This document shows positions 17,306 to 24,426 of a stretch of 64,000 bases of DNA, piece after piece. Made by a program: the position numbers and the translations under genes. This DNA comes from a virus (lineage: Duplodnaviria > Caudoviricetes), in the IMG/VR virus record IMGVR_UViG_3300049988_000286, positions 384,001 to 448,000 of that record. The stretch is one strand, 5' to 3'. Each line of letters starts with the position of its first letter. Positions within the stretch are counted from its first letter, which is position 1. Below the pieces are notes generated by a model that was not told the DNA's origin, made no database searches, and saw only the letters and a program-made list of their open reading frames with translations.

Positions 17306-17812
17306 CTATTTGTCAAGGTTTTTCCGGCGGTGCCAATGCTCCTCCATGTGGCAAGTTGGACAAAGGAATTCGAGGTTTGCCATTTCATCAGAACCACCCT
17401 TCGATCGCTCTACAATGTGGTGAACCTGAACAATCTCCGGAATCTTCTCATAGGAACAACGTTCGCATCGTTCCGCACCTTTGAACTCAATCAGCCTAGA
17501 CCTTATTGAGGCGTGTTTTACAACGGCGCTCTTCAGGGGTTTACCTGTCTGTTTATAGTTTATACCGGCACGATGTTTGTTTGAACAGCGTTTGGAGCAG
17601 GTGACACGACTAGCCGCCCCCATGAAGGTCTCTTGGCACACAGGGCAGAGTTTTGGCTTTGAACAGTGTTGTCCAAAGCACGCTCGACTACAGAATACAC
17701 CCACTTTGTCGGTGCCCATACGAGATGGTCGGCGATAAATCGCTTTGCTGCAAACAGAACATTCCGTGTTTGGTGGCGATATGTAACCGGGCTTACTAGG
17801 CATACTCTGCAA
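17306..17812 (-). CDS. HNH endonuclease with N-terminal Zn-ribbon repeats
   Basis: CERC...VHHIVERSKGGSDEMANLEFLCPTCH; several CxxC/CS..C repeats; sits among tRNA genes. Confidence 0.85.
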   Translation of the reverse strand: MQSMPSKPGYISPPNTECSVCSKAIYRRPSRMGTDKVGVFCSRACFGQHCSKPKLCPVCQETFMGAASRVTCSKRCSNKHRAGINYKQTGKPLKSAVVKHASIRSRLIEFKGAERCERCSYEKIPEIVQVHHIVERSKGGSDEMANLEFLCPTCHMEEHWHRRKNLDK

Positions 17813-17851
17813 GGTATGCTAATTTCGCCCGGCAGAGCGATATTAAAATGA

Positions 17852-17941
17852 TGGCGGAGGGCCGAGGACATGCTCCCCACACGATTGCCCGTGCGTTCGG
17901 TTTTCGAGGCCGACCCAGCGCGCTTGTCTGGTTGACCCTCC
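17852..17941 (-). tRNA. tRNA-Ser(CGA) with 8/4 acceptor/T-stem fold
   Basis: 8-bp acceptor GGAGGGTC/GGCCCTCC, 4-bp D stem CCAG/CTGG, loop CT-CGA-AA, V arm, 4-bp T stem GGGG/CCTC, G73, CCA. Confidence 0.8.
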
Positions 17942-17954
17942 GTAACTGTAATCT

Positions 17955-18305
17955 CTATGCCATATTCGGCAAGTTAGGCGCAATCGGGCACCGCGATATC
18001 CTTACCAGAAAGTATCGCGCAGCCACCAAAGCTTTGAGCCGAACCTTGATCGGGACATCCGTCTTCTTGGCGACGCGGAGGCATCGAGCCACGAAATGAA
18101 TATCGGCGATATGTTGGCGACGACGCTTGTCCGCTGCATCGCCGCGATAACTCTTGTCATACTCGCAGTCATGCTTGAAGCACGCTTTGTCGAGTTCATC
18201 GATGGGAGCGCCGCCGCAATTACCCGGCCCGCAATAGTTGCCATGGAAGCGGATGAAGCGCTTCGTTGGTGCTAATGGGGCTTCGAACAGATGGCGGCTG
18301 CGCAT
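17955..18305 (-). CDS. secretory/parvoviral-type phospholipase A2
   Basis: Ca-loop HGNYCGPG and catalytic DKACFKHDCEY; TAAATA+4 nt+ATG. Confidence 0.8.
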   Translation of the reverse strand: MRSRHLFEAPLAPTKRFIRFHGNYCGPGNCGGAPIDELDKACFKHDCEYDKSYRGDAADKRRRQHIADIHFVARCLRVAKKTDVPIKVRLKALVAARYFLVRISRCPIAPNLPNMA

Positions 18306-18413
18306 CTGTTATTTACACTGGCTTGACGGAGTTTGCACCGCAAGGTGTTGGCGTACCGTGGCACCCAGATCGTCGTGAAGAGACCTCCTCTTACCGGAGC
18401 CGACGATCAACCA

Positions 18414-18590
18414 TTACATTTCGTATAGGACTACCGTCCAATCTCGATCATCGAAGTGGTAGCGGCGGTAGTGGACTTGTCCGAAGAGTCCATCGATCCC
18501 GTCGATGTAATCACCGCTATTGGGAACGGTGGGCATGTCGCGCTCACCAAGTATGCGATTGTCGGCATCGCGGAAGATGACGCGGTTCAA
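18414..18590 (-). CDS. 58-aa hypothetical protein
   Basis: TTG start overlapping the bS21 stop; MNRVIFRDADNRILGERDMPTVP. Confidence 0.5.
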   Translation of the reverse strand: MNRVIFRDADNRILGERDMPTVPNSGDYIDGIDGLFGQVHYRRYHFDDRDWTVVLYEM

Positions 18591-18787
18591 CGATCGCGTT
18601 CCGCTCGCTGACGATCGGCTTTCCTCGATCGCTTGACCGCAGCGGCGCGAGCCTTGGCCTTAACTTCGCTGGGCTTCATGTAGTGGGCGCGCTGTTTCAT
18701 TTCACGCAGGATGCCCTCGCGCTGCATCTTGCGCTTCAAGACCTTCAAGGCCTTGTCCATATTCCCGTCCTGAACCGCTACCCGCAT
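18587..18787 (-). CDS. rpsU: ribosomal protein bS21
   Basis: VQDGNMDKALKVLKRKMQREGILREMKQRAHYMKPSE, alphaproteobacterial-type. Confidence 0.92.
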   Translation of the reverse strand: MRVAVQDGNMDKALKVLKRKMQREGILREMKQRAHYMKPSEVKAKARAAAVKRSRKADRQRAERDR

Positions 18788-18807
18788 TGTGTGATCCTTT
18801 CGGAGAC

Positions 18808-18836
18808 GGGCTAGCTGGGAGTTCGGACGAGGGCAA
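18808..18836 (-). promoter_or_regulatory. rpsU promoter with CGAACT box
   Basis: TTGCCC-17-TAGCCC with CGAACT in the spacer. Confidence 0.5.
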
Positions 18837-18844
18837 GAGGGAAG

Positions 18845-18920
18845 TGGAGCCCGAGGTCGGGATTGAACCGACGACCTGTCCCTTACGAGGGGACTGCAAC
18901 TACCACTGTGCTACTCGGGC
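18845..18920 (-). tRNA. tRNA-Thr(CGU)
   Basis: GCCCGAG/CTCGGGC, loop CT-CGT-AA, CCA. Confidence 0.9.
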
Positions 18921-18969
18921 GTGTGAAGGGTTGACAGGGGCTATGCCCCTAGAAGAAAAAATCGGTGAC

Positions 18970-19045
18970 TGGCAGGAGCGCCGAGACTCGAACTCGGAAC
19001 CTACGGGATTGGAAGCCGGTGCTCTACCAATTGAGCTACACTCCT
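18970..19045 (-). tRNA. tRNA-Trp(CCA)
   Basis: AGGAGTG/CGCTCCT, G73, loop TT-CCA-AT; only 3 paired positions in the anticodon stem. Confidence 0.8.
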
Positions 19046-19052
19046 ACAGTCA

Positions 19053-19126
19053 TGGTTGGCACGGGTGGTAATGCTCCACCGTCTCGGCTTTATCAGAACC
19101 TTGCTCTACTTTTGAGCTACGCGCCA
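19053..19126 (-). tRNA. tRNA-Ile(GAU), atypical T-loop AGCATTA
   Basis: TGGCGCG/CGTGCCA, loop CT-GAT-AA, T stem GGTGG/CCACC, CCA. Confidence 0.8.
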
Positions 19127-19156
19127 TCAGTGACAGACAACCGGTCTGTCAGCGGG

Positions 19157-19232
19157 TGGTGGTGACGGCTGGGCTCGAACCAGCGACATACGCGTCATCA
19201 ACACGTCGTTCTTCCAACTGAACTACGCCACC
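19157..19232 (-). tRNA. tRNA-Ile(GAU) with G37
   Basis: GGTGGCG/CGTCACC, stem ACGTG/CGCGT, loop TT-GAT-GA, CCA. Confidence 0.85.
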
Positions 19233-19240
19233 ACATTGAG

Positions 19241-19481
19241 CGTCGCCCGAGACTCATCGACGATGTGCGCACCGCTCCCGTGGGATGTGCGATCTCGTCG
19301 GGTCGTACGTCGGGCGACGACTCCAAACTATCAATCCGGGGAAGCTGCTTCCAAGCGCGTGCTTCATGTCAAAGAGCCCCTGTGGAGGGCGCTTCGGCAG
19401 ATGTTGCTTGGAGAAGGGGACTTCAGGTGTCCCGAACCTCAACCAATACCCGCCTAGAACGGGTATGGCAAACCACCCCGC
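19241..19481 (-). ncRNA. structured RNA between leader peptide and tRNA array (attenuator platform or ncRNA)
   Basis: Hairpins at 19446-19466, 19417-19433, 19349-19414 and a 10-bp stem 19241-19250/19310-19319. Confidence 0.5.
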
Positions 19482-19535
19482 TCACCCGAAGGTGATCGAC
19501 CAACTAATCGTGGTTGAGGAGGTTGTCGTGTTCAT
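19482..19535 (-). CDS. leader peptide MNTTTSSTTISWSITFG
   Basis: 13 consecutive Thr/Ser/Ile/Trp codons matching the downstream tRNA set; ATG 5 nt after TATAAATA. Confidence 0.8.
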   Translation of the reverse strand: MNTTTSSTTISWSITFG

Positions 19536-19540
19536 GCTTT

Positions 19541-19572
19541 TATTTATACCGAAGGGGTCGCCGGGCTGTCAA
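19541..19572 (-). promoter_or_regulatory. hybrid promoter of tRNA operon (TTGACA-18-TATAAA overlapping TATAAATA)
   Basis: Read directly on minus strand; predicted +1 at or next to the leader ATG. Confidence 0.7.
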
Positions 19573-19586
19573 CACCTAAATACAGC

Positions 19587-20909
19587 ATGGCTAGAAAAAT
19601 CACCGACCTTCCGCAGTCTACCCTTTCGGCGACCGATCTCGGTGCTGCCTCCATCCCCGTTTCCAATGTGGGCAGCAACGCCTCGGTGCTGGAACGCGTG
19701 TTGGCGCGCGACTTCATGTCGTTGCTCGGTGGGAGCTATCGCGGCACGTGGAGCGCGTCGCCTTCGCGGCCGTATAACTTCGGCGACATCGTGACTGTCC
19801 TCTCAATCATCACTCCAATCTACTATGTCTGCCTTATCGCGGGCACTACCTCCAATCCCTCTGCGAACACGGGCTGGCAACTGATCAATTCCGTGGTGCG
19901 TGGTACCGATGCTGGACCACCTACAGTCGGGGTAGATGGCCAATTGATCATTCAGGATGGCTTGCTGTATTTCAATAGCAACGGCGCGCGTATTCCGCTG
20001 CTTCGTGGCGACGCCCCGCTATTGTCGAACCAGATCGCGCGTGAGCCGGGGACGATCAACATTCTGGATGATCCAACCTTCGCCAGTGGAAGCACATGGA
20101 CGGTGGTGGGTTTCAATCGGGTGGCGTCAACTAATGACTTCGGTAACGGTTTTGCCTATCAGACTAGCGGCACGGGCAGTTTCAGCCTCAAGTCGAAAAT
20201 GACCATCCCTTACACAAGCGGAGAGCAACAGTACGTACGTTATTTTATAACGAAGACCGCTGATTTCGCGGGTACGATCTCGCTCACGTACATAAAGGCT
20301 AATAAAGACGGCAGCAATGCATCAGCGCAGACGGCTGCCACGATCAACCCGACAACGCTTAATACTTTTAGCTTCGGGCTAGATACTAACTTTTCCAACT
20401 TTGGAAGTGGTAACATTACTGCTTTCGGTGTAGAGGCGACGGTTACGGCAGGATCGATCACCGTATTGAGGCTAGAATATTACAAACCTCTAAATCTCCG
20501 GTATCTACCTACGACGACATCCACGTCGGTGTTCTACTACGGTAACAGCACTTTGCTTACGCCACCGGACACGCTGATCAACGCCAGTAAACCCACTGAT
20601 ATGGGTAGTCTTTCTGGCAACATCACGCTCAACTTCTATGCCTATCGAAGTGCAAATTTCACGCTCACTGGCAACAGCACATTGGTCAATCCATCTGGCG
20701 TCGCGTTCTCCGGTTTCGGTGGACGCATCCGCATTACTCAAGACCCTGCTAACTCTGGCGCGCCTTACACTCTAGCCTATGGGTCGGCGTGGAAGTTTCC
20801 CGGCGGCGCGCCGACGCTCTCTACGACACCGGGGGCGGTTGATCTCTTGGTCTATTTCGTCAACACCGACCTGACCTTTGAGTGCACGCTCGTCAAGGAT
20901 GTGAAGTAA
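19587..20909 (+). CDS. tail fibre / receptor-binding protein
   Basis: TAAATA+4 nt+ATG; MARKITDLP start, CBM5/12-like GTWS..YNFGDIV..YVC..P..WQ, C-terminal TQD..G..TLAY..AWKFPGG.PTLST..GAVDLL. Confidence 0.7.
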   Translation: MARKITDLPQSTLSATDLGAASIPVSNVGSNASVLERVLARDFMSLLGGSYRGTWSASPSRPYNFGDIVTVLSIITPIYYVCLIAGTTSNPSANTGWQLINSVVRGTDAGPPTVGVDGQLIIQDGLLYFNSNGARIPLLRGDAPLLSNQIAREPGTINILDDPTFASGSTWTVVGFNRVASTNDFGNGFAYQTSGTGSFSLKSKMTIPYTSGEQQYVRYFITKTADFAGTISLTYIKANKDGSNASAQTAATINPTTLNTFSFGLDTNFSNFGSGNITAFGVEATVTAGSITVLRLEYYKPLNLRYLPTTTSTSVFYYGNSTLLTPPDTLINASKPTDMGSLSGNITLNFYAYRSANFTLTGNSTLVNPSGVAFSGFGGRIRITQDPANSGAPYTLAYGSAWKFPGGAPTLSTTPGAVDLLVYFVNTDLTFECTLVKDVK

Positions 20910-21427
20910 TGTTCTTCGTCCATCCTTTGTTTGGGAAAGGCGGGGTGTCGCTCAATCCAATTGTGAGCCCCACCGTTGTCGAATCCTCCAATAGTTGGAT
21001 AAACCCCGGCAACGGTCTTTCGCCCAACGGAACCTACACCACCTATAATAGCAATGGCGGGACTACCAATTATTCGGCGGGTAGCTTCCCTGCGACGATT
21101 GTTCCCACTGGAAGTGCCATTAAGGGTATTGAGTTGTACGTTACTGGATACTCAAGCACAGCGAATGTCTGGACGACCGGTCAAATCTATCTTGGTAAAA
21201 CACCGGGAACACGCACAGGGAACAACAAGGGTGATAATGGTTCGGGAGGCAACTTCTGGTCCACGACACCCGAGACGAAAATATTCGGTGGCCCGACCGA
21301 TCTTTGGGGAGAGACGTGGACCGTGGCGGAAGTTCGGGCGCTTTCCATATTTACCGCACCCTCGAACTACCCGTTCGTCAGCGCAACTTTCTACCTCGAT
21401 GGTTACGCGGTTCGCGTTTATACATGA
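20909..21427 (+). CDS. tail-associated beta-rich protein
   Basis: TAATG coupling; S/T/G/N-rich. Confidence 0.6.
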   Translation: MFFVHPLFGKGGVSLNPIVSPTVVESSNSWINPGNGLSPNGTYTTYNSNGGTTNYSAGSFPATIVPTGSAIKGIELYVTGYSSTANVWTTGQIYLGKTPGTRTGNNKGDNGSGGNFWSTTPETKIFGGPTDLWGETWTVAEVRALSIFTAPSNYPFVSATFYLDGYAVRVYT

Positions 21428-21467
21428 TTGTGCTCGATTGCTGTCGATCAACTAATCTAAATACCGT

Positions 21468-22163
21468 ATGATCTACGCGCGCAAAATTGACGACCAATGG
21501 GTCGAACTCTACGGTGGCTTCGAAGCTGATCGCGACTACGAGGTTGAGGTCGAGTACGAGAACGAAGACGGTCGTCCAATGACGCGCACGGAGACGCGCC
21601 GCGACACCTTCCAATATCCCGCCAACTGGTGCGAGGCTGCGACAGAGGAAGAGCGTACCGCACTCGGCATCTTCCCCGTCGTGGACGCCCCCTATCCCAC
21701 GGGGCGCTACGCCTCGATCGTGCCCGCACTCGACGATACGGCCGATCGTCCCCTCCGCATCTACACGACGATGCCCTATAGCGCAGAAGAAGCAGCGGAG
21801 ATGGTGTGGCGCGAGATCAAGCAGCATCGCCTCGTAGTTCTTGCGATCGGTGCCCCTACCCCGAGCGGGCTCGCGGATTGCGACGATGCTGCGCGTATCA
21901 ACGTCGCGGGTGGTGTCCAGATGGCCACGATTGCCAAGATGAACCAGCAACCCTTCGAAGTGCCGTGGACGATGCGCGACAATTCAGTAGTGATGCTGAC
22001 CGCCGACGCCATGATCGCCATGGGGTTGGCGGTAGGGCAGCACACCTCACGGGTGTTCGGCTATTCGCAGTATCTCCGCAACGCCGTGGCCGATCTGGTA
22101 GCAGATGGTGCGAGCAGCGAAGCCATCTTCGCTCTCGACATCAAGCAGGGCTGGCCCTCATAA
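21468..22163 (+). CDS. tail fibre assembly protein (DUF4376-like C-terminus)
   Basis: TAAATA+4 nt+ATG; D.AARINVAG...WTMRDNSVVMLTADAMIAM. Confidence 0.65.
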   Translation: MIYARKIDDQWVELYGGFEADRDYEVEVEYENEDGRPMTRTETRRDTFQYPANWCEAATEEERTALGIFPVVDAPYPTGRYASIVPALDDTADRPLRIYTTMPYSAEEAAEMVWREIKQHRLVVLAIGAPTPSGLADCDDAARINVAGGVQMATIAKMNQQPFEVPWTMRDNSVVMLTADAMIAMGLAVGQHTSRVFGYSQYLRNAVADLVADGASSEAIFALDIKQGWPS

Positions 22164-22898
22164 CAGATAGGGGATGCGCTGCTTGAAGCCGTTAACCCTC
22201 CGGGTATCGGCGATGTAATCGTACAGGGTGTCGAGCAGCACCGGATCATGGGCGCTTGGCCGGATTGTCGAGCGGAGGATTTGGTCGATGACCTCGATGT
22301 TCGCGGACGCGATCTCGTCCCGGCCGCAGAGACAGTCGGGGAGACGCGCGTTCTCGACCGCGATTTCCGGGACACCCAGATGCTCGCATAGCGCGATGAT
22401 CTCTGATTTCCAGAAGGTCTGGACGAGTTGAACGCTCACCGCATTGGCGAGCATCGAGTAGGTGCCGAGTGCCTTCTCGGTCGCATTGACGGTGCCACAC
22501 AGCCAGTAGTTCTCACCCTCTGCGTAGAGGGGGCCGGGCTTGCCATCGATGATCGGGTGCAGGGCTCGCGTATGGAGATCGCCCCAGCGCTGCTGATCGT
22601 TGTTGCCACCAAGGGCAGACTCGACAAGGATCGTCGCGGAGGGGGCGGCAGCGCGCAGCCACGGGATCATATGCTCTTCGAACCAACCTTTGCGGCGGCG
22701 CTCTGGATGGACATAGTGAATGCCCAGCAGACGATCGGCCATGCCCATCTTGGCCAACGCCGCCTTGGTGAGCAAGAAGGCCACGGTGGAATCGGTGCCG
22801 CTCAACCCCATGATGAAGCCCGGCACCCTCGCCTGTGACAATCCCATCTTGGCGACGAGGCGGTCCACGGTCGAATTGAATTTGCTCTCGATAGCCAC
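22158..22898 (-). CDS. nadE: NAD+ synthetase-like PP-loop ATPase
   Basis: GLSGTDST PP-loop; GTVNATEKALGTYS; WKSEIIALCEHLGVP. Confidence 0.7.
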   Translation of the reverse strand: MAIESKFNSTVDRLVAKMGLSQARVPGFIMGLSGTDSTVAFLLTKAALAKMGMADRLLGIHYVHPERRRKGWFEEHMIPWLRAAAPSATILVESALGGNNDQQRWGDLHTRALHPIIDGKPGPLYAEGENYWLCGTVNATEKALGTYSMLANAVSVQLVQTFWKSEIIALCEHLGVPEIAVENARLPDCLCGRDEIASANIEVIDQILRSTIRPSAHDPVLLDTLYDYIADTRRVNGFKQRIPYLL

Positions 22899-22986
22899 AC
22901 TGCTTTCCCTTCACCCATCCCTCTAGCGACATCGGGATAGAAAGACAACGATTGACTTGCCGAACTACTCTCCATATAGGCCGGGC

Positions 22987-23412
22987 ATGAAAGACACCCT
23001 CGTAGATTATGTCCGTGATGCCATCGCTGACGGCAAGCTGGATTCCTCGATCGATTTTTTGATCAGCGAGCGCGACAGTATGCGCGACATCGAGCCCCGC
23101 TATGGCGAGGAAGCCGATCAATCGCGAGAGTTGATCCGCGTCTGGCGAGAAGAACGTGCGCGTCGCGTGGCGGAAGGACCGTCCTTTGAGGTGGGCCAGC
23201 GCGTTAAGGTGATCGAGGTGGTGCCGATGGGCTACCGGGGTATCGCCGAACCTGAACTCGGGACCACCGGCGTCGTAGTCGGTGACGGACACGAGGACGG
23301 CCTTCTCATGGTGCAAATCCACATGCATGATCTGGGCTACGATGCCGATCCCGCTGATGAGGATGATGTTCGTGCCCTACCGCTGTTCAACTACGCCTTG
23401 GAAGCCTTGTGA
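22987..23412 (+). CDS. hypothetical protein with SH3/KOW-like domain
   Basis: FEVGQRVKV...GTTGVVV; TTGACT-17-TATAGG promoter with CGAACT. Confidence 0.6.
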   Translation: MKDTLVDYVRDAIADGKLDSSIDFLISERDSMRDIEPRYGEEADQSRELIRVWREERARRVAEGPSFEVGQRVKVIEVVPMGYRGIAEPELGTTGVVVGDGHEDGLLMVQIHMHDLGYDADPADEDDVRALPLFNYALEAL

Positions 23413-23672
23413 TCTTCTACACCATCATCGTAGCCCTGATCATCGATGCGGCCCTCCTGCTTGGTGATCGATCCGTGCTCCTCACCATCATGGGTGTGGT
23501 CGCCGGATCGGCAGTCGTCGTAGGAACCATCGTCGCGATGTGGTTGTCGCGCGCTCTCGGGGGCAAGTTGCAGTGGACGGAATGGTTTACCGTCACGGTC
23601 CTATCCCTCCTCGGAGGCTCTACCATCTATCTGGCGCTTACCCACTCGCCGGTGGAACTAATTATCAGATAA
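23409..23672 (+). CDS. membrane protein (3 TM)
   Basis: Hydrophobic throughout; GTGA coupling. Confidence 0.6.
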   Translation: MIFYTIIVALIIDAALLLGDRSVLLTIMGVVAGSAVVVGTIVAMWLSRALGGKLQWTEWFTVTVLSLLGGSTIYLALTHSPVELIIR

Positions 23673-23740
23673 CGCCGTCGAATTAAGATTGACACGTCTG
23701 ACCGAACTCGCTCTACAGAGTTCGATTGAAGGAAGAGCTT

Positions 23741-23920
23741 ATGACGACTTGGCTTTGCATCATCTTTACGCTCATGGTGGGCGATGGCGGCTATGCGTTG
23801 GATGGGGTATCTTCGTCCACCGTCGTCACCGTGAAGACCCGCGCGGATTGCATCCGTGTCATGCGTCAGGTGACGGCTGTCAAGTATGTGAAGGCCCGTT
23901 GCGTCGAGGTTAGCCGGTGA
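23741..23920 (+). CDS. small secreted protein
   Basis: Hydrophobic N-terminus, two Cys; promoter flanked by inverted CGAACT/AGTTCG. Confidence 0.55.
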   Translation: MTTWLCIIFTLMVGDGGYALDGVSSSTVVTVKTRADCIRVMRQVTAVKYVKARCVEVSR

Positions 23921-24417
23921 GCGTTTACGAACGGACGCGCTCGGAAGACGGGCGGCTGTTCGCGACGCTCTGCTACATGTTCGCTCCGCAGATATTCGCA
24001 GAGTGGGAGAGCAATGGCGAGTACGTCTATGACGCTTCATTCCAGCATGATGATGCCCCGCACGTCACTGCGGTGTTGCAAGTCGAAGGAGCGAGAGCGC
24101 AAATCGCTTTCGAGATCAACCACCCCGATGGTAAATGGGAGTTGGGCGGTCGTGTCCTGATGAATAAGGATCGCGATGCAGACGAGGGTATTCGCTTCCT
24201 CATTCGCGAGCAGGGGTTCGGCCTCCTCGCCGAATACTGCACCTACATGGAGGAGCAGGACTTCGATCGTTACGGCGAGGCCGCTCTTGAGGACGATGCC
24301 GCGTTCGATCGCGCCTATGATGAATGGGAACGCGACGATGCAGCTAGGCAGGTTCGCCTTGCTGCATGGATGAAACAAATCGACGAGGCGGGTGTCCTTG
24401 CTCGCCTCGCCATATAG
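23917..24417 (+). CDS. hypothetical acidic protein
   Basis: GTGA coupling, coding-like composition. Confidence 0.6.
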   Translation: MSVYERTRSEDGRLFATLCYMFAPQIFAEWESNGEYVYDASFQHDDAPHVTAVLQVEGARAQIAFEINHPDGKWELGGRVLMNKDRDADEGIRFLIREQGFGLLAEYCTYMEEQDFDRYGEAALEDDAAFDRAYDEWERDDAARQVRLAAWMKQIDEAGVLARLAI

Positions 24418-24426
24418 GAGAATAGC

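Noticed and set aside
19254-19442. 62-aa ORF inside the structured region
   Set aside because: TTG start without SD, no recognisable features; the region is dominated by RNA stems.
19241-19481. tmRNA, RNase P or 6S identity for the structured RNA
   Set aside because: No tRNA-like ends or tag ORF, no GAGGAAAGUCC core, and no single long bulged rod.
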